Below, piece by piece: positions 1 through 12,897 of a stretch of 64,000 nt of DNA (its first letter is position 1; every line of letters starts with the position of its first letter). Source of the stretch: Patellaria atrata CBS 101060 (taxonomy: Eukaryota); NCBI GenBank assembly GCA_010093705.1, contig MU006095.1, positions 372,001-436,000 of the forward strand. The letters run 5' to 3'. The notes under the pieces were generated by a model that made no database searches, was not told where the DNA came from, and saw nothing but the letters and a program-made list of their open reading frames with translations. Both the position numbers and the translations under genes were made by a program.

Positions 1-332
1 ACTGGAGGCGTCTGCACATGCTGTCGAATCCGTTGTGGGAGAGCTTGAGCCTGGTGTGGGTGGGAAGAAACGATCATAGGCGAGTGCTGGATCATCGGTT
101 GATACTGCTGGTGTGGGGGAATAGAGTATTGCTGCTGTTGATATTGCGGGGGATACCATGGCTGGTAATGGGGTGTATGAGGAGCGCCATGGTATTGGGG
201 ATGTTGGTATTGCGAATACTGATTATGGTGTACTGGCGAGTGTGTGGGTTGAGGGTACGAATAGTGGTAATCGCTCTGTTGCCTCCGAGGATGGCGTAGA
301 GGAACGTTAGGAAGATGGGGACCTGGCATCAT
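1..332 (-). CDS. UBP3: 5' end (partial, runs off window) of probable ubiquitin C-terminal hydrolase Ubp3/USP10-like
   Basis: Open frame from ATG at 332 to the window edge: MMPGPHLPNVPLRHPRRQQSDYHY...QPWYPPQYQQQQY...PMIVSSHPHQ. The P/Q/H/Y-rich N-terminus with PMIVSS resembles filamentous-fungal Ubp3 N-termini as I recall them. The catalytic domain is outside the window, so identity is tentative. Confidence 0.55.
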   Translation of the reverse strand, partial: MMPGPHLPNVPLRHPRRQQSDYHYSYPQPTHSPVHHNQYSQYQHPQYHGAPHTPHYQPWYPPQYQQQQYSIPPHQQYQPMIQHSPMIVSSHPHQAQALPQRIRQHVQTPP

Positions 333-1852
333 GCCCGGTGATGGCAATGTTGCCTTCACAGTCAGCGCCGGTCAGTCAACGACCTAGCGACTGACGTGCG
401 AGGCAACGGGAGAAGGTCCAGCAAATGGACTCCAATGAATTAAGGCGCAAACCTCCGTGTGAGAACAGGTTGACGATCGGAAAGAAGCGCTGACGAATCT
501 CGGGACTGACTTGTGTTCGACTATTGGTGATTGAAAGGAGGTTGTAAGTTGCGGAGAATAATTATGGGGAAGGTCTAGTTATAAATGAGGCCGAGGACAG
601 CGGAGCTAGAGAAAAGTCAGTGAGCAGAAATCGGTTGAAAGAAAGACGCGTCTACTGACATGAACGACAAGTGTCAAGCATTAAGTGTAGGAGAAGAGGT
701 CCAAGGTTAGGAGTTGGCCTATTCCTTGTGATGCTTCTGATTGCGATGGTCGTGTTTCCTGGAGTTGAGCCCAGGTTACTGAATCCCAAATGTCACCAGC
801 AAGCACGGAGCCTCTCTTGGCTTGGGTTTTAGGTTGCCTTTGGGAAATATTCCAACTTACCACGGCCCGAGTTAATCCGGGGGCCAAGCCAAAGGCGAAA
901 CAACGAAATCTTCATACTTGGATCTCACTTTCAAAGCGTTGGAAATACCTACATACCATCAAGGAGTCTACCCAAGACACCTAAAGAGGTGAAGCATAAT
1001 AACTCGTGTTTCCAGAGATTATTGCTATGAGAGCTTCCAAGTGACCAAGTTGGATCCCACCTCTAATGGAGTGCCTCTTACCTTGTACTTCACTGCTCTT
1101 AAGCAGAACACCTCGATGCGTGGAGTAAGTTATAGGTGGGCACTATCGTAGGCCATTCCAACGTTGTTTGAACGCATTATCCAGATTATATCCAGTGAAA
1201 GGCATATGATGTCCTTATGCATGGGACATACTAGTCCAGGCGGAGGGATTGTTTCGTGATACTCAGTACAGCTCTCAGTTTCTGTGCTCAATGACAGCAT
1301 TTGGGTCATATTCGACCATCATACAGAAAGTACATAGCTTATTACTCTGCATAGAAGATGCCATATATTACCAACAAAGGTCCAGTGAGAAGCCTTGTTA
1401 ACATTCCACGATGGTTGTTTAACAATAACTCCGGTGCCATGATGTTCGTACCAACCTAATATAACAACACAGGCGATAGAAGCTTGATCTAGGCGTGCAT
1501 TCATACAATATCAATTATTAATATAGAAGTATGTAGCAAGAGCTAATAGCCGGAGAGAGTTATCAAGCTGCTAATTCTACACGTGATTGACGTGGTTCCA
1601 TCTTCATTTTGCCCCTCCTGTGTTTGGCCTGATCATCTCGTTCGAATGACTCTTTGAGACTCCGTCCACCTTCGGGGGACTCCCTCAGCCATACCTATTG
1701 CCTCATCTATCACCACGGATATATCTACTTTTTACTTTGTTCTTTCCGTCTTGTTCTTTTGTTCCCTTTCCTTCCCGATAGACCTCCCTGTGCTGACTGC
1801 TCCTCAAGCTGTGGTCTGACAGAACAGCGTCATTGTTCGCTCCCGTTCCGTC

Positions 1853-4183
1853 ATGTCTTCTAACCAGCCATCGGGAATCAACAGCTCCAAATCAATCAAT
1901 ACTTCAGGCCAAATATCTCCAGCCCCGTCACAAACCGGACCCGTTGCCTTTGGTGATCAGTACGGCCAGCGTCGTTCTGGAAGTACAGGCGCGGGGGCGG
2001 TCTCCCGAGCTACACCATCCCCGCGAAATAACCAGTCCCAACGCAAGAACCATAAACCTTCGAAGCGATATAGATTGGCGGATGAGGATGCAATTGCGGA
2101 ATCCGTGAGCTGTTCACACTAGATCATATGTCAGTGCATTACTAACCCGCGTCAAGGCCGCCATGCGTGGAACCAATAGCCGTAAAGGTCAAACATCTAT
2201 CACTCATTTGATGAACTTTTCTCTCCCTCCGCGTCCGCAAAATCATATTCATAGCTCGTACAACTATGGTAGAAATACTCGGCGGAATCCAACCTGGGGT
2301 TTGGGTTCTGGATATCACGCTGTTGATAAAGCAAGGTGTGTACTCAAATTGTACGGTAATCAGCACCTACTCATGGTGATAGATATGTTCACGCGAACTA
2401 TCGTTTTATCGTAGATCCTAGAGGCAACTACCACGCTCAGAGTTTCGACTCTGATATTCATTTGGACTGGAACAATGTCCTTCAAATATTAGCTTCCTCT
2501 CAATCCCAACAGGCTTCATGCCCAATCTGCTTAGGAGTTCCAGTTGCTCCCCGCATGGCAAAATGCGGGCACATATTCTGTTTACCCTGTCTGATTCGCT
2601 ATATGCACTCCGATGATGACACATCTCATCTACCGGAGAAACGGGCAAGGCATAAGAAATGTCCGATTTGCTATGATAGCATTTATATATCTGAGACGCG
2701 GTCAGTAAGATGGTACACTGGTCAAGAGGGAGAACCTCCCAGAGAAGGTGGCGATGTCGTGTTGAGACTCATTTTAAGGGAAGCTGGAAGTACTCTCGCG
2801 ATGCCAAGAGATGGTGCAGAAACTTTGGCAAAAGATGAGGATATTCCATGGCACTTTGCTGCTGAGGTAATGGACTATGCACGTATCATGAAAGGGACCG
2901 AGGATTACATCATGGAACAGTTTGATAAAGATATTACAGAGCTGGAAGTGCAGGAGAAGGAGGACGAGCTGATGTTTGGGGATGATAACATTGAATGGGT
3001 TCGAAAGGCTATTCGTATGATTCGCGAATCGAAAGAGAGGGTTAAGGGAATCGGAAACAAGCCAGTAAAACCGCAAAAGCCAGCGGAATTAAAACCGAAG
3101 AGGGCTCCTATCCAGTTTAACGAACCTAATGGAGGCGTACCAGACATGTATCTTCTTTCGCAGGCCGTGATACCTGGACCAAGTTCCTCGACCACCCTAT
3201 CTACTTCCACTATAGAAACACCGGATACTGAGATCTCCTCCAATGGACCGTCAGCTCATAACACTATATCAAGAAATTTTTCTTCTTCCAGCGCATCTTC
3301 AACACCTTCACTACATCCCCGGGTTCGCCAACATCATGATCATCAAACTTCCGAATATTATTTTTATCAAGCCTTGTCACATTACTACCTTTCTCCTTTG
3401 GACATTCGAATCCTGAAAACAGCGTTTGGTGATTATTCCTCGTTTCCTTCGACAATCTTACCAAGGGTGGAACGTGTATCAACCGGTCACGTTGTTGATG
3501 ATGATCTCCGGAAAAGAACGAAATACCTAGCTCACCTACCTTATGGATGTGAGGTTGGATTTCTCGAGTGCGATTGGACTGATACCGTAAGTCCAGATGT
3601 TCTAGAGAAATTCAAGCCAGAAATTGAGCGAAGACGGAAACGCAACAGGGACAAGGAAACCAGAGAGGAGAAGGCCCGCATCAAAGCAGAAAGGGATGAA
3701 GACGAGAAGAGATATGCTGCAACACGAAGAAGAAGACCAAGTTTCTCAGGGGACAAATTCTCCTCCGATGACTTTCTCCCTCTTTCAACTGCCGATGTAG
3801 CGGATACAGCAGTGTCGATCGATGATGAAAGCGCGTCTACCTCACCTCCTTGGGGCTCAAGACACGGGAAAGGATCCGCATTCGCATCTTTGGCGTCTCC
3901 TTCCACTAGCCCCTCCGCACCTCGTACGGTATGGGGAACAGCGGCAATTCCACCTACTTCACCAACTCTAGCTCCTGTTGTACCGCGTGTTCAAGACATT
4001 CAAGATGATGGGTGGCTTCAAGGTTGGGAGAAGGACCTTCTACAAGAAGATCAGCTCATCATGCAGGCTCAAGCACTCTCTCTAGGCGAGAGCTCGAAAA
4101 CCGGCGCAACATCTGGAGGAGGTAAGAAGAAAAAAGCGAAGAAGATCACCCTCATGAGCACGAATAGGCGCGGAGGGATGTGA
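1853..4183 (+). CDS. MAG2: RING finger E3 ubiquitin ligase Mag2/RNF10 homologue
   Basis: Exons 1853-2104, 2157-2335, 2383-4183 with canonical introns. Motifs TSITHLMNFSLPPRP, ARYVHANYRFIV, C3HC4 RING CPICL..CGHIFCLPC..KCPIC, YYLSPLDIRILK, RTKYLAHLPYGCEVGFLECDW and basic C-terminus KKKKAKKITLMS. Confidence 0.92.
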
Positions 4184-4214
4184 TTTCGGGTTCTTCTATG
4201 GGAACTCATCTTTT

Positions 4215-4314
4215 NNNNNNNNNNNNNNNNNNNNNNNNNNNNNNNNNNNNNNNNNNNNNNNNNNNNNNNNNNNNNNNNNNNNNNNNNNNNNNNNNNNNNN
4301 NNNNNNNNNNNNNN
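4215..4314. other. Assembly gap (100 N, likely placeholder length)
   Basis: Run of exactly 100 N between the MAG2 stop and the ERG4 upstream region. Confidence 0.99.
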
Positions 4315-4789
4315 CTGCCCACGTGGGTGTTTCTTGCGCACGGGGTTGAGGATAATCCAAAGTGTCGCCATAGTAGGCTACTTGGAACAACTATAGGTAG
4401 TCTATAGAGTAGGAACATAAAAAATTCAAGACGTAAAATACGTATATAACGTACTCGGAAACCGGAACAAGTCTCGTGCGGTTAGGAACACGTGCTTGCG
4501 TAATTGCAGTAATTCCAACAGTTGATTGGTGAATGCATAGCTAATTGGATCGTCACCATTTTACCAAATTCTCGGCTCGTCAAATATTCGGATAATGTAA
4601 ACATCAGGGGCCGCCTGCCTCATCCCGTCACAATTTCCTAATTTGCATACTTTATACATTTTCTGAAGAAGCGGCACTTTTTCAGGTAATTCACCGCGGT
4701 ATATATTATTACTTTTTGGGGGATAAGGACGGTCTTTACGGATTTGCGATTTCGCGCCTCACCCTGAACATCAACAATAACGCGCAAAC

Positions 4790-6749
4790 ATGTCTGTGAG
4801 GGTCACGCGCTCACAGACGGGCAAGACGCCTAGGTAAGTCCATTGAGTCGCAATTGATATAGTGGCACATAGGATGAGGACTGCGCAAGTCAAAGATGCT
4901 TTTTTATGGATAGATCACTGATTTGGAGGTGGTAGTAAACCTTCGCACCCTGGATTCGTCGAGACACCGGGATACAGGAAGCGCAGGACTAGACAATCGA
5001 CATTCGAGGCCGAGGAACTAGAAAGGGCCGTTTCTACACCTACAGAGGAGGACTCCGAAGATGATATAGTAAAAGAGATTCCAAATGGAAAGGCCAATGG
5101 CCATATCAACGGCAAAACAAATGGCCAGGCGAATGGCCAGGCGATCAGCAAAACCTCAGAAGTCGAGCATACCAACCCTATCGTATCCGCAACACATCCC
5201 TCCTCCAAAGTCGAATCACACGAAGACTTCAACAAAGCCGACCACTTCGAATTTGGCGGCCCGTGGGGCGTTTCCGCGCTGATGATCGGCTTCCCAGCGC
5301 TGATGTACTACATGTGGATCGGAGCGACCTTCTACGACGGCAAGCCACCGCTTCCACAAGACGGACAGAGCTTCCAGGACTTCGCGAAGGAAATGGCGGA
5401 TATCGTGTACGAGCACGCGTACCCGCATAAGAAGGCGTGGGCCATATACTGGACTTTTTTCGTGTTCGAGATGTTCTGCTATATGTACATGCCTGGCATA
5501 TACGTGCAGGGACGTCCGTTACCGAGTTTGGGTGGGAAGAAGTTGGATTATTATTGTAGCGCCATGTGGAGTCTTTATGTTACGATTGCGGTGGCTGCGA
5601 CTCTGCACCTGACTGGACTCTTCCCGCTGTACACCATCATGGACGAGTTTGGCCCACTCATGTCTGTAGCGATCCTTACGGGGTTTCTCAACTCCTTCAT
5701 TACTTATGTTCAGGCACTTGTTCGGGGCGCGCAGACTAGGATGACGGGAAGTCACGTCTACGACTTCTTCATGGGTGCGGAGCTCAATCCTCGCCTCTTT
5801 TATTGGCTCGACTTCAAGATGTTTTATGAGGTGCGGATTCCGTGGTTCATTCTGCTGCTTCTCTCTCTGGGCACAGCAGTGAGACAGTATGAGAATTACG
5901 GCTATGTCTCTGGGGAGGTAATCTTCTTGTGCATGGCGCATTTTCTATACGCGAACGCGTGTAGTAAGGCAGAACAGTTAATTGTGCCCACATGGTAAGC
6001 TCTCCAATTTTCTCCCTCCAGGCGTATTGTCCAAGCCTCAGTTCTAATCACTTAACAGGGACATGTACTACGAAAAACTCGGCTTCCTCCTGACCTTCTG
6101 GAACCTAGCCGGGGTGCCCCTATCCTACTGCCACTGCACCATCTACCTCGCCAACCACCACCCGGACGAGTACCGCTGGAACCGCGTCGCACTCACCGGT
6201 CTCTTCATCGCCTACCTCTTCGTCTACTGGGTCTGGGATACCTGCAACAGCCAGAAAAACATCTTCAGAGGCAGGGAGAGAGGCACGTTCCAAGAACGAT
6301 ACAGTTTCCCACAGCTTCCATGGAAGGAGATCAAGAATCCCAAAAGCATCCCCACGAGCACGGGGGATAGTTTGTTGTGCGATGGGTGGTGTAAGTTTAT
6401 TTCTCCTATCCCTTACCCTTACACTTCCCATTTCCTATCTCCCCCACCCCCCTCAAACAAATCCTCGTATGCCTTCATCCTACCCCTAAGCTTAGACCCC
6501 TCCACTGACACCTCCGCAGACGGCAAAGCCCGCAAAATACACTACACCTGCGACCTCTTCTTCTCCCTCTCCTGGGCCGCCATCACCGGCTTCACGTCCC
6601 CCTTCCCCTGGTTCTACCCGCTCTTCTTCTCCGTCATGATCATCCATCGCGCCCGCAGGGATATCGCGAGATGCGAGGAACGGTATGGGGATGCGTGGAG
6701 GGAGTATACGAAACGGGTCCCTTGGCTTTTTGTCCCGGGTGTGTTTTAA
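4790..6749 (+). CDS. ERG4: Delta24(24(1))-sterol reductase (ERG4/ERG24 family)
   Basis: Exons 4790-4833, 4936-5994, 6059-6390, 6520-6749. Motifs [83 protein letters not shown]...[10 protein letters not shown]. Confidence 0.95.
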
Positions 6750-7671
6750 GGGGGATGGGGTTGGTGGTGGGACTGTAGGTGAGATGCGGAGGCGGGGTGG
6801 GGTGGTGTTTGCGCAGGAGCATACGTGGGCTTCTTTGTGCATTGGGGACTTGAGTTCCTACTTCCTACATTCGGACTTTTAGTAGTTTCTCCTTTTCTTG
6901 TAGATATTTTCAGTCGTATCGTACTGCTAATCCTTAATCTACTTGCCTTTCTCTCAACTCTCTCCACTCATGTTACTACTAGCACTGCCTCGGCCTTTTT
7001 TTACGGTACGCTGGAGCCTTTACGCGACCTATTAAACCAGATGGACGGATGGATAGGTAAGCTAAACTAAGCTGAGTTTGTTATCTAGGAAGTTCTATAA
7101 AAAGACCCATACAGTACGGGCCCGCTTTCGGGTTTATGATTTATCGCATCAAAAGCTGTATATCAACTAGCGCACAGATTGGGTTAGACAGCAGGAAACC
7201 TCCATCGTTCCATATCATTTAGAAAGCAGGCACGATTCAGGTCCTTTGTGCCGTTTTGAAGTTTTCCATTCGGGGAGTCTGAGGTGTTCCAGGTGTCAGT
7301 GTACTTGTACCCCACGGTGCTCCTCTACCATCGGATCATATACCGTTGAACGTTGATTGTACGACTTTAGATCGGCTGATAGTGGTGTCAGAGAGATTGC
7401 GGACCGGGTGTACGGTTTGTGGGAAGGGACGGGAAGGGATCGGGATGAGTTTCAATATCGAGAGTGTTCGCGGTTAGTAGGGTCGGGCAGGTTGTGCGGA
7501 TAGGAGCGCATGGGTGTTTGCGCCTTTTAGGTAGAGCTACGGTAGAAGATGCTTCGAGGGGAGTGTACCGTATGAGGAGGCTGGTGGGAGGTGTGAGATA
7601 TGTGGGGTCGCGGTATCGAACACTAGGTAGGGAGGGGTATGATGGGAGATACGAGGATATACCCTTACATT

Positions 7672-7694
7672 TATATATATATATATATATATAT
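7672..7694. repeat. (TA)n microsatellite
   Basis: About 11 consecutive TA units in intergenic DNA. Confidence 0.9.
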
Positions 7695-9997
7695 TGGACG
7701 TTCGAGAAGCCTTGGGGAAATTATGGCTTGTTATTTAGGCGTTGATATGGAATTGTGACCGGAGAGGGGATAACTTGATCCTAAGGACAATTATCTAGTT
7801 GATATTCGAACAACGATACTCCAAACACACGTCAAAAATGGCCGTGAGCAGCGGGGAAAGAATCTTGAGTAGTGGTTAGGTTAAGAGCAGGTATACGTTC
7901 ACCTGTCGTTTATTCCGCGCGTACGGTATGCGCTACAGCTCTACTCTGTTTCTGAAGTGGCTGTACAGAGATTGTACGATCGGCCTGTAGCTGTATAGAT
8001 TATCCAGCCGTATTGATCCGCTTACTGTACTTTGTACACCAACTTCTCATGGGGTCTCTGAGGGTACTGTATAGGAATTGTGAGCACGAAATAGGGAGCT
8101 TGTAAGTATATAACTAACTTAATTTACGAGTAATACAATTCGCTACCGTTAGACTTGATGGTACGCAAAAATTGAATTAATACCAGGTACGGCCAGGTAG
8201 GAATGCAGAGAGATCAATGAGACTATATGAAGACGGTTCGGAATATGTAATGTGACTTTGTTCAAGCGTTATTTGACTGATAAGAGGAAGAAAGTAGACT
8301 CAGAGAGGGAGTTTCATATTAATCTAGAATGAAGCTCAATAAAGTGCTATTAATAAGGAAAGAACCTCCAATCTTACTCCGTCAACCTTCCCTTTCCGTC
8401 CTCTGCTATCCCTCTGTCCAGAGAACTTCACCCAGGTTCTCGCGATAGAGAGATGTCAAAATAAGGTTCTAAGATAAGGTTCCACAAGCGTACTACCTTA
8501 CATATCATATTTCAACTTCGCGAGGGAAGCTATATTAGAAGAGAGAGAAAATACTCTGTCCTTCAGTTAGAGAGTTGTACGGTTTAGAACCTCGTCAATG
8601 TACAGCATATGATTTGGTTTCAACTCCTTCTTGTCTGGATCTTGTAATGCACAAACCCCATCATGCTCTGGACGTAAAGAAGAGGGATAAAGGCAAGATG
8701 GATGCGAAGGAATGCGAGAGAGCAGGTACCACCAAGGTACTATTCAAAGCATTTCTGGGTACGAAGGTTACAGAATCATGACAAATATGACATTTTGCTC
8801 GCTTTATGTCAAATAACGAGAGGCGAATTCAACTAAGGAACTTTCGACCCTAAAAGGCGGAAATGTGGACTGAGGATTTCGTTCGAGTCTTCTAGAACTA
8901 GACTACGATGTAGAGACAAAGAAAACTGCTAGGGAAGCCGCTTACAAGCTAGCATTATCATTCGAGCCCATGAGATGACCTTACAAGAGATCAAGGGCAC
9001 ACCTCACGATTCTGTACATGTATTACAGACTCTGTTAAGACATGAGGCTGAGAAGCTATCTGCTATCCTCACTGCAAGACCCAAGTTGCACGTTGATCAT
9101 TCTTCCGTCATCAAGTTCAGGTTCTCTTCAGCAGAACTAGACCTGGGTATGTAACCCGATACCAGTTCCCAAGGCAAATTTCCAACTTCAAGGGGGTATG
9201 GGATTTGAGATGTCGTGAGCTTCCGTCGTGATGTTGGAGAAAACGGAAAGAAGACGGCACAAACGGACGAGTGGGGTATTGGCAATGAAATGGTCTTCGA
9301 TGTGGCGTTGCGGGGAAAGCTCTGAAGTTAAGGATTCCCGAGTCATGTTCGCTCTTTCCCGGTGTGGAGAAAGCTTGAAGACGATTACAATGTCATGTTC
9401 CTGTATAGTCCAAGTCTATTTGTACTTCCGGTCTAGAAGTCGAAGATATGCGGTTAGCTATGCATCGCAGAATGCAAGAAAAAGTCACGATGTTGGGCGA
9501 GAATAATCCAAAAAAGAGTTTGGAACTTGCAAAATGGGAGCTCCGTTAGGATGAAGCTGTTGCGGGGAGTAGAAGGCGGGAGAAGTTCTTTACCACGCGA
9601 ACAACTTACGCCATCAATCTTCACCTTAAGCTGACCGCCGTACCTGAAATAGGGAAGAATTAACGTACGCCATGCGTACACAAGGATTGAAGAGGGCCCA
9701 AATCCAAGGCTAAGATCTGCCCAAATACGGGATCGCTGGGGTTTACTACTCGGCGCTGCAAGAATTCCTAAGAAACCGGCACCGCTGTATGCAAGCCACC
9801 TACGTTCCTGTCGGGTTACTGCTTCACAGCCTGGATGATCCATAGCCCTCTCACGATGCAGGCAAGCTCGGAGTTACCTGCTGTCGTACCGTTATAAGAT
9901 AGGTCATCGCCCGCCGGCAAACGCTCCCTTGACAGTCGTCATCTACTTTTTGTCAGTCTACGGTGTTGCTTCGGTCTCGTAGACACTCTCTGACAAG

Positions 9998-12083
9998 ATG
10001 GCAGTAATTGACAGCTGGTGGAAAGTGCTACTTTCAGTGCTACCTCCTGTAGCAGCCTTGTACGAGAACGGTTCGGTTATTGCACCTTGTGATTCTCCCA
10101 TCTACTGCTATGGCGAGATCCTACATGCGATTGAGCTTGCCAGACCATTCTCAGATTCGAAAACCTTCGTTGATCTGTAAGTCCTAATCAATCCCATAAG
10201 AGAATAGGATAGCTACTGATCATTACCCAAGTCCCACAATACGTCCTCTGGATGAAGTAATTGAAGCCTTTAACAATCTTTCTACCCCCATCACAAACAA
10301 CACCGAACTCAATGACTTCCTTACCACCTATTTTGGGCAGGCAGGTTCGGAACTTGAGCCTGTTCCCACAGAGGATCTAGAAACAGATCCCGATTTCCTT
10401 GATGGTGTCGCCAGTAACGATGTCGCGGACTTTATCAGCCAGGTCATTGATATTTGGCCTGACCTCACGAGACGATATGTAGGGGGTAGCAACTGTACCG
10501 GCTGTGTGGATTCCTTCCTCCCAGTGAACCGTACATTCGTTGTGGCCGGCGGTCGTTTCAGAGAACCTTACTATTGGGATTCGTTCTGGATTGTTGAAGG
10601 TCTCGTCCGAACCAAAGGATCTTTCACCGAAATCGCGAGGAATATTATTGAGAACTTCCTTGACTTTGTGGATGAGTTTGGATTTGTTCCAAACGGTGCC
10701 CGTCGATACTACTTAAACAGATCGCAGCCACCGCTCTTAACACAGATGGTTCGAGTATACGTAGAGTATACCCAGGACTACACAATTCTCGAGCATGCTT
10801 TACCCTTATTAGAGAAGGAGTATTCGTTCTGGACGACCAACCGTACTGTCACGATTGAGCGTGGAGGTCGTAGCTATTCCCTCAATCACTACTCCGTAAC
10901 AAATACTCAACCGCGACCGGAATCTTACTACGAGGACTATGTCACTGCAAACAATGCCTCATACTACTCAAAAGAAGGCGAAGTCTACAATCAGACTCAT
11001 GCACTCAATGATACTGAGAAAGCTGCTCTTTATGCCAACCTAGCTAGCGGGGCGGAAAGTGGATGGGATTACTCTGCGCGGTGGCTAAAGACTCCACAAG
11101 ATGCGGTTGAGGACATCTACTTCCCGTTGCGTTCGCTCAACACTAATCAAATCCTCCCCGTCGACCTCAACTCTATCTTGTACTACAACGAGGTCACTAT
11201 CGCTCAGTTCCTCAAACGCGCTGGTAACTATACAGGTGCAAAAGCATGGCAAGATCGCGCCGCTCACCGTCAAGAGGCTATTGGTGCGCTCCTCTGGGAT
11301 GCTGAGCATTACAGCTTCTTCGACTACAACCTCACCTCGCATTCGAGAAACGTCTTCGTCATCGCAGATGAGGATGCTACGGAGTCTGATACTTCCGGTG
11401 CCCCTGAAGGCGAACAAGTCTGGCTCACACCAGCTCAATACTACCCCTTCTGGACCGGCGCCGCACCTGACGTTATCAAGAAAAATCCTTCCACCGTTCG
11501 TAGAGCCTATGCACGAATTGCAGACAAGCTACAACAGAAGGGTGGCGCAATAGCTGCGACGAACCTTGTCACCGGACAGCAGTGGGATGAGCCCAATGTC
11601 TGGCCTCCATTGCAGTACATTATCATCCAAGGTCTTCTGAACACACCCCTATCATCCACCGTGGATGAGACCCAGTCGACCGAAGATGACTATATCTGGA
11701 CTCAGGAGCTCGCGCTCAACCTCACTCAACGTTATCTCGACTCAGCCTTTTGCACCTGGCGCGTCACTGGCGGTTCGACCCCTAACTTACCGCCTCTTGA
11801 AGGTGTGCCTGAGGGTGCTAAGGGTACCATCTTCGAAAAGTACTCTGATAACTCGACGAACGCTGCCGGTGGAGGTGGTGAGTACGAGGTCGTCGAGGGA
11901 TTCGGCTGGAGCAATGGCGTTCTGATCTGGGCGGCGGATGTGTTTGGACAGCAGTTACAAACACCAGAGTGTGGAGATATCGAGGCGGCAGATGTTAACT
12001 CTGGCGATAGGAGGAGGAGGAGCGCTTTGAGACTAAATAGAAGGGATGCGACGTGGGTTAAGAAGTGGGATTTGAGGTCGTAG
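9998..12083 (+). CDS. Secreted alpha,alpha-trehalase, glycoside hydrolase family 37
   Basis: Exons 9998-10176 and 10232-12083. Signal-peptide-like N-terminus; FSDSKTFVD, GGRFREPYYWDSFW, PNGARRYYLNRSQPP, PRPESYYED, SGAESGWDYSARW, QQWDEPNVWPPLQ, EKY...GGGGEYEVVEGFGWSNG. Confidence 0.95.
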
Positions 12084-12429
12084 TTTGATGAGCACTACGA
12101 TGGGGTATTTGTATGATTATATGCGGGATACCATCTGTTTAGATGATACGGAACGACTATCATCAGTTTGAATAATTTTTTCTTGAACTTGGCAATCTAG
12201 ACTGGGACGTGTAGTGATTGATATTGACATAAGGCTGAACTACAAATGTGGTTTTGTTACGAAATATGTTTGTTTAGGTGTTGTTAGATGGATGTACAGA
12301 TGTACATTAGGTTGGATCGGGCAAATGTTTCGTGATGGGGGCCCGGCAGATTATGGGGTGTCACACGTACCGAGAATTACCCGCTCTAAAAGTTTGCTTT
12401 TTCACAAACTTCACTTCAGCTTCCAAACC

Positions 12430-12463
12430 AAAAAAAAAAAATAAAAAAAAACAAAAAAAAAAA
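12430..12463. repeat. Poly(A) tract
   Basis: 34-nt A run with two interruptions between the trehalase and monooxygenase genes. Confidence 0.9.
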
Positions 12464-12897
12464 CATTGTATGAAACATTAATCTTCAAGATTTTAAGCCG
12501 AGATTATAGATAACTATATAGATTCCTTTCTTTACAAGCGGCAAAGCAAATAAGCCCTTTTAAGGAATGTTTTTATATGCCAAGACTCATGGGTTCAACA
12601 TGAGCTCGTGCCCACGCGGGGCACATTTCCATCTTGTTTAGTTGCAGAGAAAACGATCTTTTTCTAACTCCCGAAACCACAATCTATCAAACCCATGCAT
12701 TTCGTCTCATCATGCCGACCATCTCACCGTATATATACCGTGGGGAGGACCCAATGCATATAGGGAAAATATGCTGCACAAGCATATCTTGCGAGCCGTT
12801 ACACAGAAGAAGCTATCTTAGGACTGTGTTTGTATGACATCTACCGTAGTCGATGCAGTCTGGATATAGGTAATGTACAATGGGAATACCGAACAAA

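Noticed and set aside
4320..4494. Two CACGTG E-boxes upstream of ERG4 as possible SREBP/bHLH sites
   Set aside because: Common hexamer that also occurs elsewhere in the window; one copy sits 5 nt from the assembly gap; no specific support.
7100..9900. Long ERG4-trehalase intergenic region as a possible transposon or ncRNA
   Set aside because: No terminal repeats, transposase/RT motifs or recognisable RNA-gene signature; the short ORFs look random.
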